Source: Lingula anatina (Eukaryota; Animalia; Brachiopoda). From it: a stretch of DNA of 64,000 nt. The notes under the pieces are model-generated. The model searched no databases, was not told the origin of the DNA, and saw only the letters and a list, made by a program, of their open reading frames with translations. The DNA lies in the NCBI GenBank assembly GCA_051362555.1, contig CM120642.1:19654001-19718000 (forward strand), written 5' to 3'. The position numbers were made by a program, and so were the translations under genes. Shown piece after piece: positions 1 through 12,447 of the stretch. Each line of letters starts with the position of its first letter. The first letter of the stretch is position 1.

Positions 1-1240
1 GTTTTCATATGTAGAGAAGGTTTGTTCATGTACTCCCTGCATCATATTTTTCAGTTGGTTCATACATGTACATGCATCATTGTGTATCTTGTTACTTTTT
101 GAAGGCCAATATTTTTCCAAGCGGAACTTTTTTTCTAAAACAGTTAAGAGTAAATTGCTTATTTACTTACTACAGCTTATTTCAGGGTTCAATCACACAA
201 GTTTCATTATTTCTTTAAAATCATAATTTTAATCATACATCATACATTTTATATATGCATGTAACATTTCATCAGGATTAATTTTCAATGACATTTTTCA
301 GTATCAACCCGGTGTTACAACCTGCAGCAAGCGCAAAATTCTAGGTAAATGTTCCTTCTTGCAGTCAATTTTTTAAAACTCTCGTACATTTCGCGTTTTG
401 TAACGAGAGCATGCGGGTTGCATGGTATGTGCTATGTTATGGTAACAGGTGGAATGGCATTTAGAAAGACAATCTCTGTTCTTTCTTTATTGATCTTTTA
501 GTCGTTTTAAATAACCTTCATTTGAAATACCTCAGAATCGTTGATACAGGACTAGGTGTGCAAGCTGTCATGTAAGACTAACAAATGGACCACTGATGGA
601 GTTTAATATCGATATCTGGCTCCTTGCACGGCTTATATTTTTCCACTGTGTGTAAACAGAGATGAGAACAGAACAAACTATATAGAAAAGTACATGTAAA
701 TAAAAGAATTTTAAAGAATTTTCAATATATAGATTAATTAAATAGACCACATTTGTTCTCTCTGAAAGAAAAGCCCTGATATGCGATGTTTGTTTACCTT
801 TCATCTCCTTACAAATATTTGAATTTGATAATTGGTGATAAAGTTCCAAACCGCCATCATCTTTGTTTTAGGGAAGGATGTTGACGTTTCTCACTTTATT
901 TTTTCATTTTTTTTTTTCAGATTGTGTATGCCCAACTGGGTACACTAGATTGGATTGTTCCTGTTATAAAGATAACCCTACAGCATATGCTTTTGACGCT
1001 GCTCGAGAAAATTGTCGCGCAGATTCACCTCTGTCCGATATCGTTTCCATCGACAACGCAGAAGAGGCGCAAAGCCTGAAGCAGCTATTACTGTCATCTG
1101 GTAAATATGGCACTCAAACACCAAAACCGCAAAAAGGCATTTTTTCATATTCTGCACAATCGTAAAAACCACACTTCAAAGTATCAGTTGCGGGTTTAGA
1201 GGGGGTCAGGGGGGTCCTGACCCCCCCCCCCCCCCCCAAC

Positions 1241-1272
<32 letters not shown>

Positions 1273-2108
1273 TCGGTTTCTGAAAATATCACACTAATAA
1301 AAAGTAAAAAAAGTAATCTATCTAGGAACGCTCCGTGTCGGCTTCTAAAATAAGTGCTCCTCTGCACGATAAACTTTAACAACGTTGATGATAATACCAT
1401 GTTTGCAGAGTCTCGATGCGCGGGATGAAATACATATGTACGGCTCACAGCCTACCAACGAGGTCGATTTTGCGGACCCCATTTCAAAAAATCCTGGATC
1501 CACCCCTGAAGTATATAGTGTGGTCACGTTAGAATGTGTGAGGGGTACCCAAATTAATCGCCTTTTGCAATGCTTATCCTTAACTGTCGATGTGAATGCG
1601 CATACAGGTGCCCTCAAAGCCAGTCAATGGAATTGTACTTCGTTTGTATTCTCGCCATAGATCTAATCAGTTTTTGAGAAATATCATATTTTGACGTGAT
1701 TGAGATTGCTGACTTCATATGCGCTTGTTGTAAATGTTGTATTTTATTTAAATGAAATTCATACGTTAAATGTGCAATTCAAAGAAAGAGGAGAAATAGA
1801 GATTCTTATTCTTTTATCTATGTAATTATCCATTTTTTTCAACTTTTCATTTAGAAAGCGGGGATGTCGGTGGGTTTACTTATCTCGACGCTTATGACTT
1901 TGATAGCGACAACCGGAATTACGTCCACTCCAGTAAAGGTAACGCGACTGTGAGTTACACCAACTGGGCGCCCGGTGAGCCAAACAATGCCCAGGAGATC
2001 TGCGGTGGGTTCTTCCCTAACACCGGGTTATGGCACGACGTTCCTTGCACGTTCCGCTTGCAATCCATTTGTGAGATTGATCTGAACCTTCTAGGCTGCA
2101 GATGTTGA
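1..2108 (+). CDS. PAN/apple + C-type lectin domain protein, paralog A (5' end lies upstream of the window)
   Basis: Phase-compatible GT-AG exons <1-19 (FSYVEK), 302-344 (YQPGVTTCSKRKIL), 921-1100 (DCVCPTGYTRLDCSCYK..FDAARENC..DIVSIDNAEE) and 1855-2108 (..YTNWAPGEPNNAQEICGG..WHDVPC..SICE..GCRC*). CTLD motifs EPN, WxD and C..ICE are present. The PAN domain is inferred from exon-for-exon homology to the paralog at 18279-21372. Confidence 0.85.
1185..1508. mobile_element. Non-autonomous TIR element (MITE-like) in a lectin intron, with internal poly-C/(CA)n
   Basis: Degenerate termini CAGTTGCGGGTTTAG ... CTGGATCCACCCCTG, flanked by a 6-bp direct repeat AAGTAT (1179-1184 and 1509-1514). Confidence 0.6.
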
Positions 2109-2767
2109 CATTCCCTCTCCGCTAACTCTGGATTTGGCATGTTTGGGGGAGTTGCAAAGTGCATATTGTGCCCCCTTTCCCCTTTAAGCCCCGAACGCCA
2201 CCCTAAGTTTGATAATTTACTGGGAAAAATAACCGCTATCATTAGCACGTCTCTGCCTCTTCTGTAAGTGGAGGTTATTTTCCTGTAAAATCTGAAACTC
2301 AGGGTACTGCGTACTCTCTAAGCTACAAACAGATATCGACCTCGTGATAATGTCTTGGCACGTTGATTTAACATAAAACTTGGCTTGGATCGCAGGTTGA
2401 AGGAAACGCTTAAATGAACTCGTAACAATGCTTAACTTTTGGTTACGATTTTTAGTCAACAAGTGAACAAGGGACTTGAACTGCTGTGCCGCACTTAACT
2501 AAACTGACATTGTTAGGTGTTCAGAATCATCCTACTTTAGACCATCCTACGTTTTAAATAGACACTTTTCTTGATCATTTTAAGTAGGATGATTTAAATA
2601 TTATAAAGGTTATGCTTATTATTCACGCCTAAACGTTGTGTTGGTCTTTTAAGAGTTTAAAAAACTCTTTCGAAATAAGAAAAATGTAAATCGTTAATTC
2701 ATTATTGACTTAAAGACCAAAAACGCAACACCCCGTTACACATCGCGTGAAGAACTGGAAGTAATAT

Positions 2768-3256
2768 AAACTAGGACGACACTGCGAGAGCGCAGACCTC
2801 CGCCAAGGCAGCAATTTTTGATTATTATTGATTATTGATTGATTTTTGATCCGATTCACCACCAAAAACTATTCATCTGTTCCTTGGCCCACTTCTGACA
2901 GTTCCTAAAATTTCATCAAAATCGGTCCATAACTTAGTTTTTTCATTATTGATTATTGATTGATTATTGATCCGGATCACCACCGAAAACTAATCATCCC
3001 TTCCTTGACCCACTTCTGACAGTTCCTGAAAATTTCATCAAAGTCGGTCCTTAACTTAGATATATTATTATTGATTATTGATTGATTATTGATCCGGATC
3101 ACCACCAAAAACTAATCATCTTTTCCTTGACCCACTTCTGACAGTTCCTGAAAATTTCATCAAAGTCGGTCCATAACTTTTTGAGTTATGTTGATGACAG
3201 ACGGACAAACAAACAAACAAACAGGGGTGAAAACATAACCTCCTTGGTGGAGGTAA
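2768..3256 (+). mobile_element. Helentron-associated non-autonomous element (HINE/pearl-like) with three ~120-bp internal repeats
   Basis: 5' AACTAG start; subterminal IR ACCTCCGCCAAGG (2796) pairs with CCTTGGTGGAGGT (3242-3254); 3' hairpin ACCTCC-TTGGT-GGAGGT; GACA/CAAA microsatellite before the hairpin; three tandem units (TTGATTATTGA..CCACTTCTGACAGTTCCT..TCGGTCC). Confidence 0.7.
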
Positions 3257-3494
3257 TAATTGCGATTGTAAAAACCTATGTATATAACAATGTCGCACAC
3301 ATTTATTTTTGATTCGCTTATCAGTACTAGTAGAGTGGGGCTGTAGAGACGCAAGGCCAAACTATACCTGATATCGTACAAATATAGTTAAAGACGTAAC
3401 GACCACGCTACACTTGTTCTGTCAGTTCTATTTCAAGCGCATCACAAACTGTCAGGAAACCTCGAAGGAAAATTAAAATAAAAAATACTAGCTT

Positions 3495-5737
3495 CTATTT
3501 ACACATTAATTGGAATGTAATTAAATGTCCGTCCCAGTTCTGCATACGCCATACATATAGACGTTCGTCCCTGGGGTTGTAATCCACCATGACGTCAAAG
3601 TACGGAGGGGGGGAGTTGAGGTTATGGAGCAGAGGAATCGTCGTGGGTGATAGATAGCGACCTCTATCGGTACGTGTGTCATATATGTATTGGATATGTG
3701 ATAGCCCTGCGGTGTTCGAGTTCAGGGCAAATAAAGTACCGTTTATCATAAAGGCATTGATTGTTTCGTTCTTGATTATATCGGTCACCCACGTTTCCAT
3801 CACCTCTAATGAGTTTTCATCAATTTGACTAACGATCAGTTTTCCTTCTTCTTTTTCCGTCGAATACAACACCCAAATCCCGACCTCGTCCACGGCAAAA
3901 TCCACGGCGGTATTTCCGCCCACCGAATACGAAAACGAGTTATCTATTCCCATCCCAGGCAATGCCGCCTCGGTCAGTATTCGACCCTTCAGGTCGGACT
4001 TCACCAACACAGTGGAATTAAACTTATGGCAGTAGAGGCTCCCTTTATACACCACGTGACCCGTCCCCGTGCACTGGAACCCGTTAAATATGGAATGTCC
4101 ATTTGGCGTATCCCCGTTTAGTCTTTCTGTTGAGTTGTATTCGATAATGGAATCAGCTCGACTGTTTTTGATGACCCATACTCTGTCGTCGGGCACCCCA
4201 GGGTCTTTCATCCACGCTCCTGTGAGCCAACGCTGGAAGATCTTCTGGGTCATCTCGTTATCAAATACTGGATCAGAGTCGACGCAACCTTCGAGAAAAA
4301 TTAATATGATAAGGGTTAAAAATCATTGCTGATAATCGGGCTGTTTTATTTACACTGTTTTAATTGAAAATGAACAGGTCCTTGTAAAATATTATTTGAC
4401 TTATGATTCAAACTGAATTTAAATATTTCAATAGAGAAAAATTATCTATTTTTCAAATATAATATCTTAGAATCATTAGAAATAAATTTCTGTGTAGCAT
4501 CTGTGGTCCTTTTTCTGAATAAAATAAAACTATAAAGTCGCCTGCTTCTCAGTTTTGTTGCTACCACTCAATATAAGTGTTCTAATTTTAAGAATTTATG
4601 ATTAAATAAATAGAGTATTTGTAAAATTCACAATTTCCCCATTGAAAAGATCTAGTCATTACTGTACTTAAATTATTATTTGATAAAAAGCTTAAAAAAC
4701 GCCAAATTTAAAAATGCCAAATTTGCAGATCGGGCCAGACACAAAGGTGGTTTCTGTGATTTCTAACATATTATAATTTTTAAAAGATTTCTTTACCTAA
4801 AGAGTTCACATATTAATATAACCATTCATACATTTAGGCAAAGGAAGGGCTGGCGGGGGATGGGGGTGGGAGGGGTGGGGGGCGTGAAGGTTGGACAAAC
4901 TAACTGGAAGACTTGACAGGCTCATGAAATGCTATAAATGAAGAGTAAAAAGTCAGATAAATGCACAGACAGAAAGAAAGATTTTAAATAAAAATAAAAT
5001 AAAATGGAATAAAATAAAATGGAATTTGTGAATGCAATGTCATTCTACAATTTTCCCTTTTTAGAGTAATCAATGAAATAATTTAATGATAAAAATACAA
5101 AGTACTTTTTTAACAGTCTGTAACTTGAGGTAAAAAAAAGATAAAAAGGAAAAGTGTCCTTGTTATGGAGTCGTTTTTCTGTTAGAGCCTTAGAGAATAA
5201 GAAATGTGATTTACATGTTTTGCGGTCCTTTTTTTCAAACTAATTAGCATATTCTGACACCTTTTTTCTTATTTTTGAAAATTTGCATCTCAGCAAGACT
5301 TGACTGTACGTTTTTACCTACATCTTTATTGAATTCTCCATTGTGCGTGACAGCATGACAAATAACTAAAAGTTGTAACGTTATCTGTCAGATTTTACTT
5401 AGAAAACAAAGTTTTCTTTAGCAAAGATTAATTATTCAAAGTGTCCTGCAACGGCTTTGTTTGTCAGTATGATCAAACATCGTGTAAATCTGCCCCAACG
5501 TGTACCCAACTGACAGTCGCTATCTCAGCATTTGGCTTACACTGTGCGATAACAATTCACTATATTTACCCTTCAGATCAATAAGTTTGAGTACACACGG
5601 TTTTCGCGCAATGCTACCAAGATTGTAACTACTATACACAATTGTTACGCGATTTTGACAGATATCTCTTCTATACGACGGACACTACACAACGCACGTA
5701 TTTGCACACACGAAACCCCACATGAGCAAATTAAATG

Positions 5738-5776
<39 letters not shown>

Positions 5777-8700
5777 TTTGTAATTATAGAATTTCATAAA
5801 GGATACATTTTTTAATATATCTCCACTGTCGAGTAAAATGCATTTTACAATCTTTCCCCCCTAATGAATTATTAAAAGAAGGTCAAATCAATAACCCAGA
5901 AAGGTTGTTTGTCAAGAGCAAATAAAACCTGGAACCCGTCACTTGGTTAAGGTCAAGTGAAGAAAATCGCGGTTTTAAAATCGTACGCTTGGACTACATT
6001 TCTGAGGTTTTTAAAAAGAGTGACGGTCAATCATAGATCTCTAGGTAATTATGGATGACGTCAGTAAGTTTTTTTTTTATCTCATTCTATTTCATTTGCC
6101 TTCCAATACTTTCAACGCTGTGAATAAAGTGAAAAATGTAGTTAGATAGGGATGGTTAGGCATTATGTGTGTGTTTTGGGGGGGGGGGGTCACATTCAAC
6201 AATTTACCTACCCAGCCGCGGTACAGGCATCGCCTCTGTTGTTGCCGAAATCTCTCCTTCAGTCGATGATGTCTCAACAGAGACGGAGACAGGAGATCCA
6301 CTAGTAATTGCGGTAGAGGTAATATTAACAGTCTCGTGCATTTCTGTGCTAGAAGGAGACGGTTCAGTCAAAATAACATCCCCTGTGCTAGAGACACTGG
6401 CGCGTTCTGTACTCGATTCCTGTGTGACGTCAACTTCGTCTGTAGTATTATCAAACTCAAATTCGTTATTAGTATCAACAGCAGCAGTACTGCTGCTCTG
6501 GCTGTAGTTCCGGAATATTGTTGTGACGTCACCGATATCGGGTTCAGTAGTTGTGACGTCACCACCATCATCTTCATTATCATTGTCACCTATTCCAGAA
6601 CCACTTCCGGAAAAGTCGAACCACGTTGTCGTCGGCGTTTTTGTGGAAGACTCTGGCGAGGTGGTAGTAGATGTGGGCGTAGATAAGGGCGTGGTCTCGG
6701 TGGTATTAGGAGTCGGGGTTGAGTCGGTACTAGATATAGAAATGACTGACGTGATAGTAGTCTCTTGAGTAGTCTCAGTATTTGTAGTGGGTTCAATGGT
6801 AGGCGTGGTAACGGTTGAGGAGGTTGACACGACAGATGTTGTAGGTGGGGTTGTGGCAGTAGTAGTAGTAGTAGTAGTAGGTGTAGTCGTAGTAGTAGTA
6901 GTAGGCGTGGTCGTAGTAGTAGTAGTAGTAGTAGGCGTGGTCGTAGTAGTAGTAGTAGTAGGCGTGGTCGTAGTAGTGGTAGTAGTAGATGTGGTCGTAG
7001 CAGGCGTAGTCGTACTCTTAGTAGCAGTAGTAGAACTAACCGTGGTTGAAGCACTAGATACAGCTGAGGCAGTCGTTGTAGTTTCACTAGTCGTTAATAA
7101 TGACGTTGAAGGTGTGACACTGGAAACTAATTCCTTCGTGCTGGTTTCGGTGGTGGAGGCCGTGGTGGTAGAACTATGGCCCGTGTGGTCTATCACGAGC
7201 TTGAGACCCGTGCCGTTGAATCGATAATTGGTCACAAAACTATACAGCATTTCGTCGGTGCACATGCAAGATGTGGGTAAAGAGGCAGAAGATATATTGT
7301 CGGTTCGGTTTTTCAGTGTATCGATAGCGTCGACTATGTTATCTATGGTCTCATTCCACCGAGTCTGGAAATCATGGTGTAGGTCAAAGAGGTGATTGGC
7401 GTTGCTATGAACCGTTCTTCTCAACGCAGCCATTTTGGTGTTGGTGCTATTTAGAACACTGTGAATAGTGTGTTGGATGAGGGATGGGACTGAGGTTCTT
7501 AAGGCTGTTGTAGTGTTGTTAAGGAAAATCCATTTTGAGTACAGATTGGAAACTTGTTCTTCTAGTGTCTGAGTCTTAGTCCCAAGCACCATTGCTGTTG
7601 TATTTAGTTGTAGGACCTTCTTATTGATAAGTGAGTTAAGATCCTGTCCAAGATTTTCGACTCTGATGTTTTGTTTATCTTGGTGCGTTTTAAGCGATTC
7701 GATTTCAGTGCTCGTTTTATCGTATTTATCCCCGAGGTCTTTGCCAAGAGTATCTACCCTCGCGTTTTGGCGTTCATTTTCTGTTTTTAGTGCTTCAATT
7801 TCGGTGCATACATCATCTGATTTTCTTTTCAGATCATTTAATTGTTCGTTTATTGCCTTGTCTGCGCTCTCTACTTTAGCACGTTCTTTACTTTGATTGG
7901 CCTTGATTGAGGTCACCTCGCCGTCCATGTCCTCGGCGTTCTTTTTTAAGGCATCAATATCCTCTCTCGCCTCGTCGCGTGATGTTGCGAGATCGGTTAC
8001 TTTAGATTCAATCTCGGCATCTTCTTTCTGCAATTCCATTACATCCTTTTCTAACCTGTCAACTCGCACCTCCAGATTTTGGAGTTCCCCCTTTACACCC
8101 TCCTCCACTGATTTCTCCAACGCGTCGCGTTTTGAGCTTACCTCGTACAGTTTGTCTTGTGTGGTTTGTAGGTCGCCTCGTAGATTGGTGACCCGGGACG
8201 CAAGCTGGAGATGATTTCGTTGATTTTGTTGAATTATTTCAGTAATTGCTGCGTTCTCGTCTGCGACTTTTTTCCGAACGTTCCTGTCGACTTCCTGAAC
8301 TTTTCCTCGTATTTGTTCGTCCTCACCCTCGAGAGTTTCCAGTGTCTGATAGATTTGTGTCTGGTTACTTTCTAAATCGGCCACACGTTCCAGCAATACG
8401 TCGTGTTTTTCCCGTAAGGCCTCTAAGTCCTTCTGCTGCCGGATATACTTTTCGGGGAGTTCTTCCAATTGAACCACGCGGGCAATTAGGTTCTCAACGA
8501 GCTGAGAAATGTTTTTGATATTAAATAACTCAGTCAGCACTTTAGCTTGCATCTGCAGTACCTCACTTTGCTTGGCTAGAGTTTCTGCTCTATTTTCCTT
8601 GCTGAATGCCATTTGTATGTTGTTAAATTCCTTGGGGACTTTGAAACTGTACGGGGACATCCCCCCGTCAGAGTCAGTTGCTACGGACTGGTCCGCCAGC

Positions 8701-8879
8701 ACTAGGGGGGCACTGCAGGACCACAGGACACTCCATATGATAAGTACACGTATACATGTCAAACCAAGTTGTCTACGCAATGTCCATAATGATGTTGTTT
8801 CCATACTGCCTTCCGGACGTGAGCCAGGGAAGCACGTTTGGCAGACGACACTACAATTTTGGGAATATATTTTAGTCAT
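3495..8879 (-). CDS. Secreted coiled-coil / Thr-rich mucin / olfactomedin-domain protein (amassin/noelin-like), ~1153 aa, two coding exons
   Basis: Exon 1 8879-6212 (CTG G|gtaggt) joins exon 2 4288-3495 (ttctcgaag|GT TGC) in phase 1. Hydrophobic signal (RVLIIWSVLWSCSAPLVLA), heptad-rich region, poly-Thr/Pro stalk, then OLF motifs GAWMKDP, GTGHVVYKGSLY, DFAVDEVGIWVLY, NAFM, MVDYNPRDERLYVW. The start may be the downstream METTSL Met. Confidence 0.85.
6840..7010 (-). repeat. Coding (ACT)n-based repeat encoding P-Tn mucin units
   Basis: GTAGTAGTA runs punctuated by GGCGTGGTC on the + strand encode TTTTTTPTTTTT. Confidence 0.9.
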
Positions 8880-11800
8880 TCCGCTCAGCTTCCCAGCGCT
8901 GGATCTCAGTTGGCATATGCATGCTTCCTAGGTTGACACTGATTTCATAATCTTTTCTAGGGTATCAATAGTGTTCTCGTCTGCTATCTGAGCTATCGTC
9001 TGCTCAGGTAAGAATGTCGTCTGCTTGTACCTTGGACCACAGTGCGCCTGATGTGACCTTGGCTACAGATAGCAAGTCGCAATCACAGAATAATCGATGA
9101 TTCAACTAAACTTACAATTTACAGTATCCAAGTGCTAGTGTTCAGGCGTGAGTTTGACATTGCTGTTGGCTGGGAGGGTCCTTGCCCTTTTCGTATTAAT
9201 TTTCAAATTTACACCCATTTGGTTAATGTAACACGCGCAGGGAGTCGTGTCATTTCTCTGTTCAATTGTTCATTTGTGAGCAATGCGAACTTTCCTGCTC
9301 TAATGTCCACAATCAATCAGTCAATACGATTTTCCAACCGCAATTGAAGAAAATTACTTTTTTACAACCACTGGTGCAAATTTCCAGTTAAAACAGATGG
9401 CGAAAATTGCCCTAATTAGAAGAAGTTGATGTTGTGTGTTGAACAAACACAGACACACAGGCTCGTGCGACATCCCCTATTTTGTCTGGTCGCAGCTGCA
9501 CTGTCACTGAGACAAGCAGAAATGATGGATGGCATAAATTCACGAAACACATTTCTCTCCTGTCGTAATCATGTCGTAGTTGAATATCCAAGTGTCCTTC
9601 CCCTCCTCCCTCTCCATTATTCACCGGTTCTCAATTTTCCACAATTTGTAATCATTTACCCTGTCGAGGCAGCTCGATTTTATTCATGTATTCAGGCAAT
9701 CAGATTGTTTGGAAAACAAGCGATAGGCTACATGAAACCGGGACAAACTACTCTGAACTAGAGATTATGAATTGAACGAATGCCCCTCATTTACATTGTA
9801 AAAATTAGAAATAGGTTTAAAGTTTCACCATCACGGTCACCCCAGTATGTTTCTAAAAGGCCAAGGCGTGTGAGAATTTGAAGTAAGCGAAAACAAATGG
9901 GTCGAGCTCCTCTAGCATTTTAAAGTGTTCACGAGAAGTCACAACTTGTGCTGCTTGCTTTGAGGGGAAATAATATCCATTTCGTGTTTAAGTCTTTCTT
10001 AACAAAACCCATATTTCGCGCAAACAAAAAAGTCGTGATTACTACGCAAAGTCAAATTAGTTTTATTTTCGTTTCAGAACCACTCATCAAGACTGCTTTA
10101 CGATTAACGCCCTTCACACGATGAATTTGTTTTTGTAAATAATTTTGCCACCCACGTACTGAAAAGGGCTTCTGACCACACTCGTAATATAATTGTTGTG
10201 TAACAACAGGCGATGTCACGTTTGTTATACCCGCGTAACAGTAAGGCGGGAATTCTCATCATGCTCCCTCCATATAAATGACGCGAACATATATTATTCT
10301 GTGCACGCAGGTACACGCACGCACACGCACGCACGTATACACTGAGAGAGAAAGAGAGAGAGAGAAAGAGAGAGAATGGCAGTCATTTATATTTGACAGG
10401 GTTTGACAGCCAAGTACATAAGTTCCTTTAAAAGTACAAAATCTCCATACATTTCGATCGCCGGCAATTAGGTCTATATATAGAGTAAAATGGCATATAA
10501 ATCACTGCGGTTTGCGTCATATCACACATATCTTATTAAAAAAACTCTCTTTCTGTTCCACTTATCACCGCAGATATAATCGTTTATGTTCCTTGGTGTT
10601 TGTTATCATCATTCAAACAGAAAAAATCGGCAGTGTGGTGGGTTTACTTATATCGGACACGGAGGACAATATATCAATAAACCTCTTCGTTTGTCACCCA
10701 GTGTGGGTCTGCAATCCACCCCCCCCCCCCCTCAGACCACACCCTGAAGAGCACAGCTTTGATTTAGACTTCCTACTACAAACACACGTGCACGTGTCCA
10801 GGGTGATATCCCAACAGACTTGAACTCAGGGTGACGCACGTCTGAAAAATAATTTTCCTCTGGATGCGGTCAGACCACGAGTATTTTACAGCTATATAAA
10901 ATACATTCTCACGCGGTCATTGTTATTACCCGGGGGTTTAATAACCTCGAGACACATTGGAAAACTCCTGTAAACTAAGCAAATGAAGGATTTTGACCGG
11001 AAATCATAGCTTATGAAAAAAATCCTAGCTTTCAGTAGGAAAAGTTCAGGGACAGATGCTATTATTATTTTCAATGTTTTATCTATGCGAATTTGACTTT
11101 GATAAATAAGAATAAAAACACAACACTCATTCCAGCTGTCATTAATCTGTTGTTGCAACTCTTAATAAGTTGATAATGTTGAAGAATAGGGGTGGTTTAA
11201 GAAAAGTACGTAGAAATTTAATGATGTCATCTTTAATCTATTTAAGGAAGCTGGGAGTCTCCCTTATGCAAGTTTGTTCCGCGTGAACTCTGTCCCGCAA
11301 AAGAAATATTAAGTGTAATACTCGTGACCTTACTTTAAGGCAAAGCATGCTTCTGTGCCCCAAAACCATTTTTATGGACTTTCATGTGCCACCTACATAC
11401 AAACATATGCTACTGGAATTAATTAATGTCATGGCATGTTCTCAAAGGTCAAATTATAATGCAATTCCGAAAATCCTTATTTTAATCTAAGCATATCCCC
11501 TAGTAACCCCTTTCCCCTCTCCCTGCCCAAAACTAAAAAAAAGACAAAAATAGATAAATTAAGATAAATAAGTATCATATGCGTAAAAAGACAGAAAAGA
11601 AAATGGAAGACGTCCAAAATCAGTGCAAAATGCTCAAAGGGGAATTTTTGAGATAAATGGACAAATGGCATTGATAAATGTTCGTTTATTCACTTAAGAA
11701 TCAAAAAAGGTAACACAGCCAAACGACCCTAATATCTTAATATCAGATACTTTTATTATATTCCTGCTAATCATAGTACAGCAAAGTGGTTATACATGCA

Positions 11801-12272
11801 GTAGTAAGTTTAAACGTAAAATCATTTTATTTATAGCTAATTTCGCAAGATTGATTGAAAAAACGAGACTTTCTTGGCCACTAAAACTACCAATCTACTC
11901 TAAATGCAAAAACGAAAAGTTTTTTTCCTCGTAAAAATATGTTCTTGGTATATAAAGCGACATAAAACGAACAAATAGCGTCCGATTTGATTTTGAAACT
12001 GATTTTGAAACTGACCAAAATATCGCAAAAGCACATTAGACAAACTTTTCTCCCTCTTAATGTGGACATTTGTGAGTTTGGCACTAAGAAATGGGCTTTA
12101 AGTACATCACCAGCAGCTAAAACAATCACACAAAAACAAGGGCTATTCCAGTTATTTAGGTTAATAAATTCATCTCTCTGTTTATTTATCTCTTCCGTCC
12201 TTTTTGTACTTTAGCTTTATTTCTGGACCTCCCTAATATTATAATCCGTGGTTGTTATCTCAGGTACTTACA

Positions 12273-12447
12273 CAGGCCCGTAGCCGGGGGGGGGGGGGTC
12301 GGGGGGTTCGAATGAACCGCCCCTTTTGCTGGGGAAAAGGTCCCCTCTGGGTAAAATTTGATCTAGGTACTTTTAAGTTTTTATGGGAAAAGGTCCACTT
12401 TTTCAGAAAAAGAACCCCCCCTTTTGAAATTACTGGCTACGGGCCTG
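12273..12447. mobile_element. MITE with 13-bp TIR and 5-bp TSD
   Basis: CAGGCCCGTAGCC ... GGCTACGGGCCTG is a perfect inverted pair, flanked on both sides by TTACA. Confidence 0.8.

Noticed and set aside
6169-8931. Several + strand and alternate-frame ORFs (poly-Val, poly-Leu, etc.)
   Set aside because: Shadows of the low-complexity mucin/coiled-coil exon on the minus strand.
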